Positions 1 to 11,262 of a stretch of DNA of 64,000 nt are shown piece after piece. Numbering within the stretch: position 1 is the stretch's first letter; every line of letters starts with the position of its first letter. The stretch spans positions 512,001 through 576,000 of the forward strand of contig CAWGPD010000004.1 in NCBI GenBank assembly GCA_963824385.1. Direction: 5' to 3'. Under the pieces are notes generated by a model. That model made no database searches and was not told where the DNA came from. It was given only the letters and a program-made list of their open reading frames with translations. The position numbers and the translations under genes were made by a program. The stretch comes from an uncultured Nitrososphaerota archaeon. GTDB lineage: Archaea > Thermoproteota > Nitrososphaeria > Nitrososphaerales > Nitrosopumilaceae.

Positions 1-1682
1 ATTGTATATCATCATGAATTACTTGTGGATCAGAAGTCAGCTTGAACCCTAGACAAAATTCCTCTAGATTGGTCAAGCGGGTAAATAATAGTGCTATATT
101 CCTCAAAAGCCATTACTACGCCTACTACAATTAATCCGAGTATACCAGCCAATGCAGCTTTATAGTAATTATTTGCCATTTTCTCCGCCTTTGTTGCGAC
201 TCTACTTCTTGATCTGCCTTTTTTAAATGTTGAATGAGATATGCTAAGATATGCAATATAAAGAAACCCAGTTACTTGAATGCCCAATATTGGAACAAAT
301 ATAGAATTATTGGAAAATATCGCAATAAACATACCCATTATGCCATATACTCCAAAGAATATCTCAAGAAGTGTAGTTTTGGTAAACGGAAGAGCATATG
401 CCTTGTCTCTCCAATCATCATCATTTTTTATTATTCCAAATTTTGGAGTACGTAAAAATTCATTTTTCTTTCCAAAAAATGCATCAAAGACTGCTACAGT
501 ATTGTTAACCGACATACCTGCAGAATAGACAATCAAATACAAATAAGAAAGTGCTTTTGATTTCCACTTTTTTTGATACATTCCTTGAATTACCATGATG
601 TATGCTACTGGCCCCATAGCTAGATATGCAATTACTGTTAATACTGGTAATCCACTTATGATGTAGAGATTTATTTTTGAAGCTAAAAGTATAGGCAAAA
701 TCAAAAACTGTGCAAGAACTAGTGGGTGCACAATATGTCTTGTAAGTTGAACAAAAGCCTGGATTTTCGTATCAACCGGAATTCTTTTGATTGTAACATC
801 TCCAAGTAATTTTATGGCACATTGAATAGAGCCTTTTGCCCATCGAAATTGTTGTCTTTTTGCAGAGTTCATTTGTACTGGAAGTTCTGCTTCTACCACA
901 ATCTCAGGAACAAAGACACATTTCCAACCTTTCATCTGAGCTCTATAACTAAGATCTAAATCCTCAACTAGTGTAGCAGTATGCCAACCACCTGAATCTT
1001 CAATACATTTCTTTCTCCAGATACCCGCAGTACCATTGAAACTCATAAACAGATGAGAATTGCTTTTTGCCTTTTGCTCTATTAAGAAGTGAAAATCAAG
1101 ACTAAGAGCTTGGGCCTTTGTCAGTGGAGAATATTTTTCATTAACATGGCCCCACCTACATTGGACCAATCCAATATTTGGTTTACAGAAATAGGACATT
1201 GCTCTTTTTAGAAACCATGTTGGGGGAATAAAATCAGCATCAAATATGGCAATGAAATCACCTTTTGCAGATTTCATTGCATTTCGAAGTGCACCTGCCT
1301 TGTATCCTTTCCTATCTGACCTTTGAATATGCTGTATATCAAATCCTTTCTTTTGATAGTCTGAAACTAGATTCTCAAGTAGAACTTGAGTCTCATCAGT
1401 TGAATCATCAAGTACTTGAATGGAGAGTTTGTCCTTTGGATAATCTAATGCACAGACTGCATGTATCAATCTAGCAGCAACATACTTTTCATTATATATT
1501 GGAAGTTGAAGAGTGACAGTCGGGATTTCTTTTAGTTCTATAAAGTCATTCTTTTTTTGATGTCTTGAAATTACTACTAGATAATAAAAATTGCACGTAT
1601 AAAGAGTGATAATCAGTGCAATCCATATGAAAACATTCCATAGAAATTGCGATAAAGGACTAGCAAGAATATGTGTCAGCAT
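1..1682 (-). CDS. GT2 cellulose-synthase-like glycosyltransferase (probably continues past the window edge; the stop at 30 looks like a +1 error near 38)
   Basis: QLPIYNE, KAGAL, FDADF, VEDLD and QQFRW motifs plus C-terminal TM helices; removing one base at 38 gives QATSDPQVIHDDIQ reading off the end. Confidence 0.9.
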
Positions 1683-1733
1683 TTAGAATTTTTCAACTCT
1701 GCAGTCTTTATAGCCGTACCGCTAAAAATTTCG

Positions 1734-2688
1734 CTATCCTTTCTTGGATATTTTTATTGCTTGAACAGGACATACGTTTTCACAAGCTAGACAAAATATG
1801 CAATCTGGTTCTCGTGCCATCAATGGTTTTTTATCAGAAGCCGGATTTCCTGCAAATTCAGCCCATTCGTAAACTTTCACAGGACATGCATCAATACATG
1901 CACCATCCCCTACACAAACATCATAATCAACTGATACAAATTCTCCCCAGATTCCCAGTATTTCATTACCCTTTCGGTGGCCGAATACTTTTATCTTGTG
2001 ATTAGATGGAGCAGTAAAAGTCTCAACGACTTTGAGTTTTGATTTAAAGTCCACATCAATTGGACCAGGCTTTGCTCCTGAAGGTGTCTCAGGCTCTGCT
2101 TCTTGTGCAACTTGTTGTCCTGGCGGAGGAGCCGCAGGCTTTGGTTTTGGTTTTGCATTTGGAACAATCTGAGACTAGTGGTGTGAGTTCCTCTAATTCT
2201 TTTAATGCTTGCTCAGGTGTTAATTGTTTCATTTTCACTCCATGCTCTACCATTTTGTCAGCAAGTACACTATTTCTTAGAATTGTATCAATAACCATTT
2301 TTGCATTGGCATCTGCTTTTCTCCTATAATCTTTAACCCAAAGTCCATCTCCATATTTTTCAACTGGATAAATTTGATAAATCATGTCCACGACTTCGCC
2401 AGTTACTATCTCGACTTGAACTTCAAGATCAATTTCCTTGTATCCACTATCATCTGGATCTGGTAAATTTTCTTCTTTCCAACGATACGTTGCATAAACT
2501 CTATCAGCAAATTTATCCATTTCAAAAACTTTCTTAAATCCACTAACTATAGAATCAATTTCATAGGCATCTTCTAGTTTTACTGGAAGACGATAAAGAC
2601 CTAGCTTGTAACTGTGTAAAGGATATACTCCTCTTTTAGATGTGGCTGATTGAACTGTATACACCTTATCCTTTAGCAGGAGGGACAT
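1734..2688 (-). CDS. Dicluster ferredoxin with a ~170-aa N-terminal domain (two ORFs joined across a +1 frameshift at ~2174)
   Basis: CVGDGACIDACP and CIFCLACENVCP motifs; repairing AGTCT to AGCT fuses 2089..2688 to 1734..2054 through a Pro/Ala-rich linker. Confidence 0.85.
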
Positions 2689-2725
2689 CTGATTTGTATA
2701 TGGAAAAAGAGTTTAAAAATGCTTC

Positions 2726-3058
2726 CTAATAATCAGGGCAAGTCTCTTCTCGGATCTTTCTATATTTTTGTTCCATCTCTGTTGCATGTTCAAGTACTTT
2801 TTCAAACTCATACTTGTTTTTTGGAAAGTACCAACGAATTCCTACTTTATGACCAATTCCATCCATATCATAGATCATTCCTTTGTCAGAATTTACACCA
2901 TATTTCTCGTCAATTGATCTCTCTTGTACGGTAAGACCACGTTTGGTCTTATCCTCCATTATAATATCAGAGTCACTATCAAGTATAGCATAGAATATAC
3001 CTTTTTTTAGAATTGGTGGTTCTTTACTTGTTTCGTTATTTTTCGATTGGGTTTCCAA
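2726..3058 (-). CDS. Hypothetical protein
   Basis: 110-aa ORF overlapping the stop of the upstream rhodanese on the same strand. Confidence 0.7.
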   Translation of the reverse strand: METQSKNNETSKEPPILKKGIFYAILDSDSDIIMEDKTKRGLTVQERSIDEKYGVNSDKGMIYDMDGIGHKVGIRWYFPKNKYEFEKVLEHATEMEQKYRKIREETCPDY

Positions 3059-3878
3059 TCATATTACCCCATTCAGTCCAAGAACCGTCATAATTTCTAA
3101 CCTGAGGATATCCTAGAAGATATTTCAGAACAAACCAAGTATGTGAAGATCTCTCTCCAATTCTACAATAACAAATGACATCTTTATCAGGTGTTACACC
3201 TTTTGTTTCATAAATTTTCTTGAGTTCTTCAACTGATTTGAAAGTACCATCAGTGTCATTAACTGCAGTTGCCCAAGGAATATTATTTGCATTAGGAATA
3301 TGTCCACCTCTCTGAGCATGCTCCATTGGGTATTCGGCTGGAGCAGTTACCTCTCCAGAAAATTCTTTTGGAGAACGTACATCGACTAGAACTGTATCAC
3401 TTTTTTCAAGAGCTCGTCTTACATCAAATAGATATGCTCGTAATCCTTCATTGGGTGGTTGTGCAACATAATTAGTTCTTGATATGGGCGGTTCGTCTTG
3501 GGTATAAGATTTATTTTCAATTTCCCATTTTTTCCTTCCACCGTTCATTATCTGTACTTTTTCATGTCCATAATACTTGAATACCCAAAACACAAAAGCT
3601 GCAAACCAATTGTTAAAGTCCCCGTACAAAATTACTTCAGATTGTGCAGTTATCCCATTTCTTGATAAAAGATCTTCAAATTGAGATTTGCTTATGATGT
3701 CACGTGTTATAGGATCATTAATGTCTCGCTTCCACCAGATTAGACTAGCTCCTTGTAGGTGGCCTTGTCGATAAGCATTTTCTGGATCATAATCAACTTC
3801 TATGACTTTGAACGATTTGTTGTTTAGATTATTTGCAACGGTTTGGGTATCAACTAAAACTTGGTGTGCATAATTCAT
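3036..3878 (-). CDS. Tandem-domain sulfurtransferase (rhodanese, CysA/SseA type)
   Basis: GHIPNA, active site YCRIGERS, C-terminal YDGSWTEW. Confidence 0.95.
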   Translation of the reverse strand: MNYAHQVLVDTQTVANNLNNKSFKVIEVDYDPENAYRQGHLQGASLIWWKRDINDPITRDIISKSQFEDLLSRNGITAQSEVILYGDFNNWFAAFVFWVFKYYGHEKVQIMNGGRKKWEIENKSYTQDEPPISRTNYVAQPPNEGLRAYLFDVRRALEKSDTVLVDVRSPKEFSGEVTAPAEYPMEHAQRGGHIPNANNIPWATAVNDTDGTFKSVEELKKIYETKGVTPDKDVICYCRIGERSSHTWFVLKYLLGYPQVRNYDGSWTEWGNMIGNPIEK

Positions 3879-3967
3879 TTCTATCTCTATTATAATGAAC
3901 TCATATGGTTCTTAATATTTTATACTCATCATATGCTTTTTAAGTGAAATTAGAATAGTAGTTTTAA

Positions 3968-4783
3968 TTGGAACTTCATAATGTAGCACTAGTAAGTAAG
4001 GTTGGTTCAAAAGAATCGGAGGACGCAGTAAAGAAAGTAGCCAAGAAATTACTTGCAAAAAAAATCAAAGTATACACTGTCTCTCCCGTAGATGTCGATG
4101 GCGCAAAAAAAGTTAATGATTTAGAAGATCTCAAGACTACAAAACTAGATTTAACGATTACATTAGGAGGTGATGGAACTACTCTTCGAACTTTTAGATA
4201 TTTAGAAAATGAGGTTCCAAATCTTGCAATTAATGTTGGAGGAAATAGAGGAATATTATCAGAGATAACATTGCCACAAATCGATACAGCTATTGATCAA
4301 ATTATTTCAGACAAGGTTTTTTTTGATAGAAGAATTAGAGTGGTTGCATCTTGTGGAGGCCAAGACTTTCCACCAGCACTAAATGAGATCTACATCAACA
4401 GAGTAAATTTGACAAAGACTTCGCTATTTGAGATTAGATTTCAAAGTGATACTGTAACGCAAAAAATGGATGGTGTAATTGTAGCAACTCCAAGTGGTTC
4501 TACAGGTCATTCCTATTCTCTTGGAGGACCGATACTTCATGAGAGTCTAAATGTACTTATCATAACACCTGTTGCACCTGTCAACAAATTACCATCAATT
4601 GTGGTACCTGATGAAAAAGTTGAGATAATTAGTAATCATGATTCAAATATCATCATGGATGCACAGGTTATCAAAACTGCTAGATTTGATGAAGTAATAA
4701 CAATCAAAAAATACAAAAAACAAGCAGTGTTTGTAAGACTAAAGAAACAAGGTCTTAGACAGATGAGTAAGCTTGGCTTCTAG
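3968..4783 (+). CDS. nadK: NAD(+) kinase
   Basis: LGGDGT, LNE and DGVIVATPSGSTGHSYSLGGP motifs. Confidence 0.95.
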   Translation: MELHNVALVSKVGSKESEDAVKKVAKKLLAKKIKVYTVSPVDVDGAKKVNDLEDLKTTKLDLTITLGGDGTTLRTFRYLENEVPNLAINVGGNRGILSEITLPQIDTAIDQIISDKVFFDRRIRVVASCGGQDFPPALNEIYINRVNLTKTSLFEIRFQSDTVTQKMDGVIVATPSGSTGHSYSLGGPILHESLNVLIITPVAPVNKLPSIVVPDEKVEIISNHDSNIIMDAQVIKTARFDEVITIKKYKKQAVFVRLKKQGLRQMSKLGF

Positions 4784-5291
4784 AGTTTTAGATGCCACGT
4801 CATTTTATGCCGGAATACCATTTTCTTCACAAGAGAAAAGTTTTACAACTCCTCTAGTTTTTGAAGAAATCAAACATATTAAAAAAAGTCATGATGCGGT
4901 CCAAGCTCTGATTGATTTAGACAGACTAAAAATTATTGAACCAGATCAAAAAAATACTAATTTTGTTTTAGAGAAGGCAAGAAATACAGGCGACTTGTCC
5001 GAGTTGTCAAAAGAAGACGTATCAGTACTTGCATTGTGCGTCCAATTAAATGGAGAACTGGTAACAGATGATTATACAGTATCAAATGTTGCTAAACATT
5101 TGAATTTGAAAGTCATTCCGATAATGACTAAAGGAATATCCAAGATATTAGATAGTGTGCATATTTGCCCTGCTTGTAACAAGGTATATGAAAAAATCTC
5201 AAATTGTCCCATTTGTGGAAGTAAATTAAAGAAAAAATCAGGCCAGAGGAAGTCTCCTTCCAACCCAATCAGCAAAAGACCCATCGTATAA
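4773..5291 (+). CDS. nob1: Nob1 PIN-domain endoribonuclease
   Basis: VLDATS, LSKED, TDDY plus zinc ribbon CPAC...CPICG. Confidence 0.9.
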   Translation: MASRVLDATSFYAGIPFSSQEKSFTTPLVFEEIKHIKKSHDAVQALIDLDRLKIIEPDQKNTNFVLEKARNTGDLSELSKEDVSVLALCVQLNGELVTDDYTVSNVAKHLNLKVIPIMTKGISKILDSVHICPACNKVYEKISNCPICGSKLKKKSGQRKSPSNPISKRPIV

Positions 5292-5996
5292 CTTTACATT
5301 ATCATATCCGGCCATTTTTAATTGAGTAAATACATTTGCAGCTCTGTGACCTAGGGCACAGTAACATACCAATTCTTTATCTTTTGGCATCTGTTGTTCA
5401 GTAAAAATTCGCAAAAGCTCATCTTTTTCTTTAAAAAGAGTTTCACCCTCACCCACACCTTCAGTAAAGGGAAAAAGTACCGCATTCAAGATTCTACCTG
5501 CTAGGAATTCTTGAGTAGACCTAGCATCAATTATCACTGCACTGTCAATTTTTTTATGAAGTTCTTCGGCTTCAATTCTGATTGAAGAATTTATTTTTGG
5601 AATGAATTTTACAAGTATTGGTTTTGGGATATCTCTAGTAATAGGAAGTTCTTTTTTCTGCCAAGTTCTTATACCTATGTCAAGAATTTTTGTTTTTTCA
5701 TGTCCAAAATATAGTAAGGTCCAATATATCCTAGCAGCAGATGGATCCAAGTAATCTCCATATATTACAACAGTTTTGGATTCATCAATTCCAAGTGAAC
5801 CAAATAGAGTTGCTGCCTGATCACTTTCAATTACAAGATTAACTCCATATTGATTAATTTCTATAACTTTTTCAACTCCGAGAGGTTGGGAATTTGGAAT
5901 ATGAGCATATGAATATGCAATACTACCACGAGAATCCAATATTACTAAATCAGGATCATTGTAATGTTCTGCCAACCATTGATGAGAAACTATCAA
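5238..5996 (-). CDS. Second tandem-domain sulfurtransferase (rhodanese)
   Basis: AHIPNS, YCALGHRA, LYDGSFADW. Confidence 0.9.
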   Translation of the reverse strand: MIVSHQWLAEHYNDPDLVILDSRGSIAYSYAHIPNSQPLGVEKVIEINQYGVNLVIESDQAATLFGSLGIDESKTVVIYGDYLDPSAARIYWTLLYFGHEKTKILDIGIRTWQKKELPITRDIPKPILVKFIPKINSSIRIEAEELHKKIDSAVIIDARSTQEFLAGRILNAVLFPFTEGVGEGETLFKEKDELLRIFTEQQMPKDKELVCYCALGHRAANVFTQLKMAGYDNVKLYDGSFADWVGRRLPLA

Positions 5997-6030
5997 TTAT
6001 TTTATGAGTCTAAACGATATATTTGAAGTG

Positions 6031-6717
6031 TCATATGTCATGTAATGTCTTTTGATCAGTCTTTTTTGCATTTTTACTTGCAGCGTCAAGTATTTTTCTA
6101 ATTTTTTGAGCACGTGTTTCTCCCATTCCATTTATTTTGGATAATTCTACTGACGAGGCGTTCAATGATCTACTTGCAGAACCAAATTTTTCTAGCATTC
6201 TAGATGCAAGTTTTTCTCCAACACCTGGCAAACTAGACAAGATTGACAATTGTTGTTGTTGCAAATCACCAGATTTCTTAATTTTTTTAAGGAAAGGTCC
6301 TTTCATTGTCCCTTGTCTTGCACACATTGATATTAACAACTTGGCAGTATGTGATGCATTAGGGGTCGGGATTACAGGTATTTTGAAATCTAACACTACT
6401 GAAGACATTGCCCCATAGAACACAAGCGGATTTTCTGTAATTTTATCAATTTCATCAACATTTCCTTCTATAATTATAGCAGGATGTTCAAAGTGTTCTT
6501 TTAGTCTATTGCATTGATCAAATAAACGTCCATCAAAAACTGATGAGATAAAATCACTAACACTTTTTCTTTCCACTATTGTTTCAGATGCAACAATATA
6601 ATCACCCACAGGCAGATTCATCATTTCTACTTTGACACCTACCTGTTTTAGCAGATCAGGGATTCCACTTTTTCGCTCCCTTTCATCAACTACCATTCGA
6701 AGATCTTCAATTTTCAT
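6031..6717 (-). CDS. xpf: XPF/ERCC4 structure-specific endonuclease (short form, nuclease plus HhH)
   Basis: VDERE, GDY, ERKS, LPGVG and INGMG HhH motifs; PIP-like tail QKTLHDI. Confidence 0.9.
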   Translation of the reverse strand: MKIEDLRMVVDERERKSGIPDLLKQVGVKVEMMNLPVGDYIVASETIVERKSVSDFISSVFDGRLFDQCNRLKEHFEHPAIIIEGNVDEIDKITENPLVFYGAMSSVVLDFKIPVIPTPNASHTAKLLISMCARQGTMKGPFLKKIKKSGDLQQQQLSILSSLPGVGEKLASRMLEKFGSASRSLNASSVELSKINGMGETRAQKIRKILDAASKNAKKTDQKTLHDI

Positions 6718-6743
6718 CAAACCGTTAAGTTTCTGCAAATATT

Positions 6744-7154
6744 TTATTTAGGAGTATCTGTCTTATTTTGTCCTGATTGAGGAGGACCTCTTAACATTTC
6801 TCTGATTTTAGTCTCAGCTTCTTTCAAATTTTCTTTTACTCGTACTTCTTGTTTTGTTAATACTGTAAGTCGGGTATTTACAAGTTCTTTCTTTTCTTGT
6901 AATTCTGAAACCAGACTAGTCTTATTAGATTTCACAAGAATTGATCCTGCAGTTTTGTAAACAATATCATCATCATTTGCTTTTACCAGTAATTCAAGTG
7001 CTCTTTCCGTCTCAAGATGTTCAGATTCAAGATGTTGTTTCTGAATCATTATAGATTGAAGATTTTGTTGTAATTGTTGTAATCTACCTACTTGTTCTTG
7101 TAACCAAGGAGGCATTTGTTGTTCGCCAGAAGACATGAATGTTTGACCTGCCAT
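6744..7154 (-). CDS. pfdB: Prefoldin beta subunit
   Basis: Coiled coils flanking the VYKTAGSILVK hairpin. Confidence 0.95.
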   Translation of the reverse strand: MAGQTFMSSGEQQMPPWLQEQVGRLQQLQQNLQSIMIQKQHLESEHLETERALELLVKANDDDIVYKTAGSILVKSNKTSLVSELQEKKELVNTRLTVLTKQEVRVKENLKEAETKIREMLRGPPQSGQNKTDTPK

Positions 7155-7159
7155 TTTGT

Positions 7160-7405
7160 TTATATCTTTACCGATTCAATTGAATCATTACTTGCCTGTA
7201 CAAGTCTCAAGGTAGAATTAAGATTAGCTCTTAGATGTGAAATTTCTTGTGCATCGATCATAATTGTAATTTTACCATCAAATGAGAAACTTGTGTGAGT
7301 GGGATTTTCATCATAAAATTTGTTATCAGTATCAATAGAGTGAAAGATTGCTTTTGTTTTTGTACCAGCAGAGATTTCTATCTTAGATTTATAGTTTGAT
7401 GTCAT
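7160..7405 (-). CDS. pcc1: KEOPS complex subunit Pcc1
   Basis: LRANLNSTLRLV motif; conserved position between rpl37ae and pfdB. Confidence 0.85.
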   Translation of the reverse strand: MTSNYKSKIEISAGTKTKAIFHSIDTDNKFYDENPTHTSFSFDGKITIMIDAQEISHLRANLNSTLRLVQASNDSIESVKI

Positions 7406-7604
7406 ATGCCAGACCTGCTACTTTAAAATTACATTTTTTACAGACCCAGATTCCTACTGCTTCTCTGCCAAATTTTTCAGAACCACATTCAGGACATTTT
7501 CTTTGTGCTTTTAGTTGTCTATGCACTGAAGTATATTTTTTTCTTGGCTTGAGGCCATATTTTTGACCCAGTCCTTTTAGTGAAGCGCTCTTACCTTTTG
7601 CCAT
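7389..7604 (-). CDS. rpl37ae: 50S ribosomal protein L37Ae (eL43)
   Basis: GQKYG, CPECG...GIWVCKKC. Confidence 0.95.
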   Translation of the reverse strand: MAKGKSASLKGLGQKYGLKPRKKYTSVHRQLKAQRKCPECGSEKFGREAVGIWVCKKCNFKVAGLAYDIKL

Positions 7605-7605
7605 A

Positions 7606-8409
7606 CTACATCAACTGCTCAAATTGCTTCCTTATTTTTCTTCCTACAGAAAGGGCGGTTTCAGAGCATTGAATGAGCTGTTCAGCAGTAAATCCATCAC
7701 TTCCACCCTTTTGTACTGCACAAATGTTACCATCAGAGTTTGTAGTAATTGTGATTCTTGCATCCATGCAGGATTCCTCATCCTTAGTTGGATCAACGAT
7801 TATGTAATCACCAATTCTTGCCATGGTTACTGATACTGGTAGTGTCTTAATCGGAGGTTTGGATGTTACGCCTTCTACAAGTACAGGAGCTTCGTCTTTA
7901 ACTTCATATTTAGGAACAGTACAAGAAAGAATACCAGCTACAGATGCATAAGAACAAGCATCAAACAAGTTTCCACCAGAATCAATGACACTACTATCAA
8001 TGAACATGCCAATAACTGATTTATTTTCAATTAGAACAAGTTTGTGCAAGTCAATCATTTCAGTTTCACGTATTCCCCTATCAACAACTCTTGCAAGTTC
8101 AATGACCTCTTCATTTGGTGGTCCAGGTTCTGCGTTTGGATCTGCCAATGGTAAAATTTCTGCAGTACAGATAAGAATTCCTTTATCACCAAGATCTGGA
8201 AATGGTTTATCAAGTTGTATCTTTACACCAGTTATAATTTCGGTATTTCCTAGTTTTACTCTAGCAGAACCATTAGCTTTTGGAATTACTCCTGTTTCAA
8301 TTGTCAAGTGTCTTTGTTCATCAAGAGATCTTCCATCAATTCTTTTTCCAGTTTTTAGAAGATCAAGAATTTTATCTCGTTTTAGTTGATCTAATATTTG
8401 AGAATTCAA
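7606..8409 (-). CDS. rrp42: Exosome subunit Rrp42
   Basis: RIDGR, KANGSA, ELARVVDRGIRE. Confidence 0.95.
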   Translation of the reverse strand: MNSQILDQLKRDKILDLLKTGKRIDGRSLDEQRHLTIETGVIPKANGSARVKLGNTEIITGVKIQLDKPFPDLGDKGILICTAEILPLADPNAEPGPPNEEVIELARVVDRGIRETEMIDLHKLVLIENKSVIGMFIDSSVIDSGGNLFDACSYASVAGILSCTVPKYEVKDEAPVLVEGVTSKPPIKTLPVSVTMARIGDYIIVDPTKDEESCMDARITITTNSDGNICAVQKGGSDGFTAEQLIQCSETALSVGRKIRKQFEQLM

Positions 8410-8411
8410 TT

Positions 8412-9140
8412 TTATTGCTCACCAGATTGGAAGTATTTTTCCATTAATGCCTTTCTTTGAATTTCATAAACACGTCTACAACCTACTAGTGCGGTTTGCA
8501 TACATGTTTTGAATTCCTCAGGTTTTAACATACCATCAAGTTGTAAAAGTGTAATTTTTCCTACATTTGGCATCAAGGCAACTGGCATGTCTGCCTGTCC
8601 CTCTTGATCTTCTTCATTATTGACATCTAAAACTATTCTATCTGCGACCTTACCTGCAGCACATGCAGATACCAAGTCACGCATTGGAATGCCTGCATCT
8701 GCAAGAGCTACAGATGCAGCATCAAGTGCAGCACATCTTGAACCACCATCTGCTTGAAGTACTTCAATAAACACATCAATTACAGTACGTGGATAGTCTT
8801 TTAGTATCACAGCTGGTTGTAATGCTTCTTTGATAACCTTAGAAATTTCAATTTCTCGTCTAGATGGCGCAGGATTCTTTCTTTCAGTAACAGAAAACGG
8901 TGACATGTGATATCTACAACGCAAAATTCCAGAATCTTGGTTTGCCATGTGTTTTGGATGAACATCCCTTGGACCAAAAACACCAGCTAAAATCTTGTTC
9001 TTTCCAAATTCAATATATGCAGAACCGTCTGCATTTTTTAGTACTCCTACTTTAATTGAGATATCTCTAAGCTCGTCTAGTTTTCTCCCGTCACATCTAA
9101 TTCCATCTTCAGTCATTAATTGTGTCATTATTTTCACCAT
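8412..9140 (-). CDS. rrp41: Exosome subunit Rrp41
   Basis: ADGSAYIEFG, SRREIEISKVI, ADGGSR. Confidence 0.97.
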   Translation of the reverse strand: MVKIMTQLMTEDGIRCDGRKLDELRDISIKVGVLKNADGSAYIEFGKNKILAGVFGPRDVHPKHMANQDSGILRCRYHMSPFSVTERKNPAPSRREIEISKVIKEALQPAVILKDYPRTVIDVFIEVLQADGGSRCAALDAASVALADAGIPMRDLVSACAAGKVADRIVLDVNNEEDQEGQADMPVALMPNVGKITLLQLDGMLKPEEFKTCMQTALVGCRRVYEIQRKALMEKYFQSGEQ

Positions 9141-9813
9141 CTGTTACCCCAAGCATAGATTTGACTCTTTCAGTCAAGTTCGGTGTATGCGCCAGGGCAT
9201 CGATCATTTTCACTGCTTCTACTGCCTTTAATAATCCCTCTGAATCTTCACATGAAATTACTATCCATCCATTTTGACCTATTGTTATAATTGCTTTAGT
9301 AGCCATTTCAATTGTTTGAATCATAGAACCACGTTTGCCAATTAATCGAGGTACTTTGCTTGGAGAAATCTCAACGAGTTCACCTGAATCGATCTTGCCA
9401 AGATCTCTATCTTGTACTGTCAAAAGTGGATCTCTTGATCTATCAAAATTAGCAATTCTAGTTGCAACCAAATCTCCGATATCTAATCTTTGTTTGAGTT
9501 CATCTTTAGTAGGAGAATAATCTCTACCAAAAACATCTTGGGCTGGCAAAAATCCCACAAAGCATGAATTTATGTCAAACTCCCAAGAAAGAGGAGAAGT
9601 TCCAATTACTTTTCCTATAACCAAGTCATTTGCCTTTGGCATATATCCACCAGTGAGAGGAATAACTTTTACAGAATTTTCAAAAATTTCAGAAATTCCA
9701 ACACATGTTGAAATCATTCTGTCACCATCTTGGTACACATTTTGTTCAGGTCGTAGAGGACCAGTTGCTATAACATCGCCAGGAATAACATATCGTCTTT
9801 TTACATCCATCAT
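9109..9813 (-). CDS. rrp4: Exosome RNA-binding subunit Rrp4
   Basis: S1 and KH domains; KVPRLIGKRGSM. Confidence 0.95.
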   Translation of the reverse strand: MMDVKRRYVIPGDVIATGPLRPEQNVYQDGDRMISTCVGISEIFENSVKVIPLTGGYMPKANDLVIGKVIGTSPLSWEFDINSCFVGFLPAQDVFGRDYSPTKDELKQRLDIGDLVATRIANFDRSRDPLLTVQDRDLGKIDSGELVEISPSKVPRLIGKRGSMIQTIEMATKAIITIGQNGWIVISCEDSEGLLKAVEAVKMIDALAHTPNLTERVKSMLGVTDGENNDTIND

Positions 9814-10500
9814 TTTGAAACCTCAATAGAAGCAGTACCCTTTGTTACCGATCCTAATCTGTCCATTACATTTGCTCTTGCCGCCGCCGGTATATCTAGT
9901 ATTACTTTGAGTCCACCGTTTGATTGCCATTCTTCTTTTTTCAAAGTTCCAAAGGACTTTAAAACAGAATAAGATTGTGCGGCAAATTGAGCCGGCACTA
10001 GAATTTCTAGAAGCATATTTTCAGACTTTAACGGAATTATCGATCGAAGTTGTTCTATTATTTCTTTTATCTGTTCATCAGTATTTCTAAAAGGATCAAC
10101 TGATACCCTTGCATCATCCATAGACTTGTTCTATCCTAAGTGGAGGATGCGGAAGATGGGATCTTGGATCAACATAGCTTTTAGCAATAAAGTCTACTAT
10201 TTGTTTACGTTTCTCAGACACCATCTTTCTTCGCTGATCAGTAGTAAGATTCAGTTCTCCTTTTTCAAGCATTATAGTAGCAATTACATTTGAGTCAGTG
10301 GTTTTGAATGCCTTCATAAGTTTCTCTGTAGATGCCCTTGTTCCTTTATTGGAATCAGTGTAAATCTCATCTGAAATCAATACTCCAGAGATGTCCTTAC
10401 GCTTACCTATCTTAAATTCCAAAGCAGGATCTGGTTTTACCAATATTTCGAACTTTTCTCCTTCTACTGAGAACCTCACGACTGTTACTTTGGTATCCAT
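9810..10500 (-). CDS. sbds: Ribosome maturation factor SBDS (frameshift at ~10124, probable sequencing error)
   Basis: KFEILVKPD, LTTDQRR, PHPPLRIEQ; repair gives EQAMDDARVSVDP. Confidence 0.92.
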
Positions 10501-10585
10501 AATTGGGGTACTCGTACACGGTATTTATCTATAAAGAAAAACTCGCTAGATTTTTATTTGGAATTTTAGTCCCTTTTCGTAAGAT

Positions 10586-11222
10586 TTGACTTCTTTAGAG
10601 ATTGTTGAGGAAAGTGGTAACAATATGGTTGTAAAATTGAAAGGCATACCTATTCAATATGCTAATGCACTTAGACGAATTTGCCTATCAGGAATTCCCA
10701 CATTTGCTATCGACGATGTTGTAATTATTGAAAATTCATCAGTTTTGCCTGATGAAGGAGTAGCTCATAGACTTGCAATGATGCCATTAAAAACAGATCT
10801 TGAGAGATTTATTGAGCCATCCGCATGTGACTGCCATAGTGAACTTGGTTGTAGTCGATGCAGAGTCTTACTTATGCTTGATTCCGGCAGTACAGATACA
10901 ACTCGTACAATAACTTCAGCAGAAATTAGCTCAGAAGATGAAGTTGTAAAGCCTGTTAGTCCTAACATTCCAATTGTTGCACTCAGCTCCTAGTCAGAAA
11001 TTAAAGGTTGAAGCATATGCAAGATTAGGCAGAGGCAGTGATCATGCCAAATGGAATTCTGCCACAGTCTCAGCCCTTACATCTACAAATAATCCCGATG
11101 AACATGTTTTATTGATAGAGACTACAGGTAGTTTGACCCCAAAAGAGGTTCTAAGAGCAGCCATTGAAGAGCTTGAAAAAAGATTAGGCGAATTCCAGAA
11201 GAACGTAGCCGCACTCGGTTGA
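10586..11222 (+). CDS. rpoD: RNA polymerase subunit Rpo3/D (frameshift at ~10984)
   Basis: ANALRR, NSSVLPDE.AHRL, IPIVAL[AP]SQKL, HAKW. Confidence 0.93.
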
Positions 11223-11262
11223 AGCATATATTATATTTGGGTAAAAGTGGGCATTATTACAC

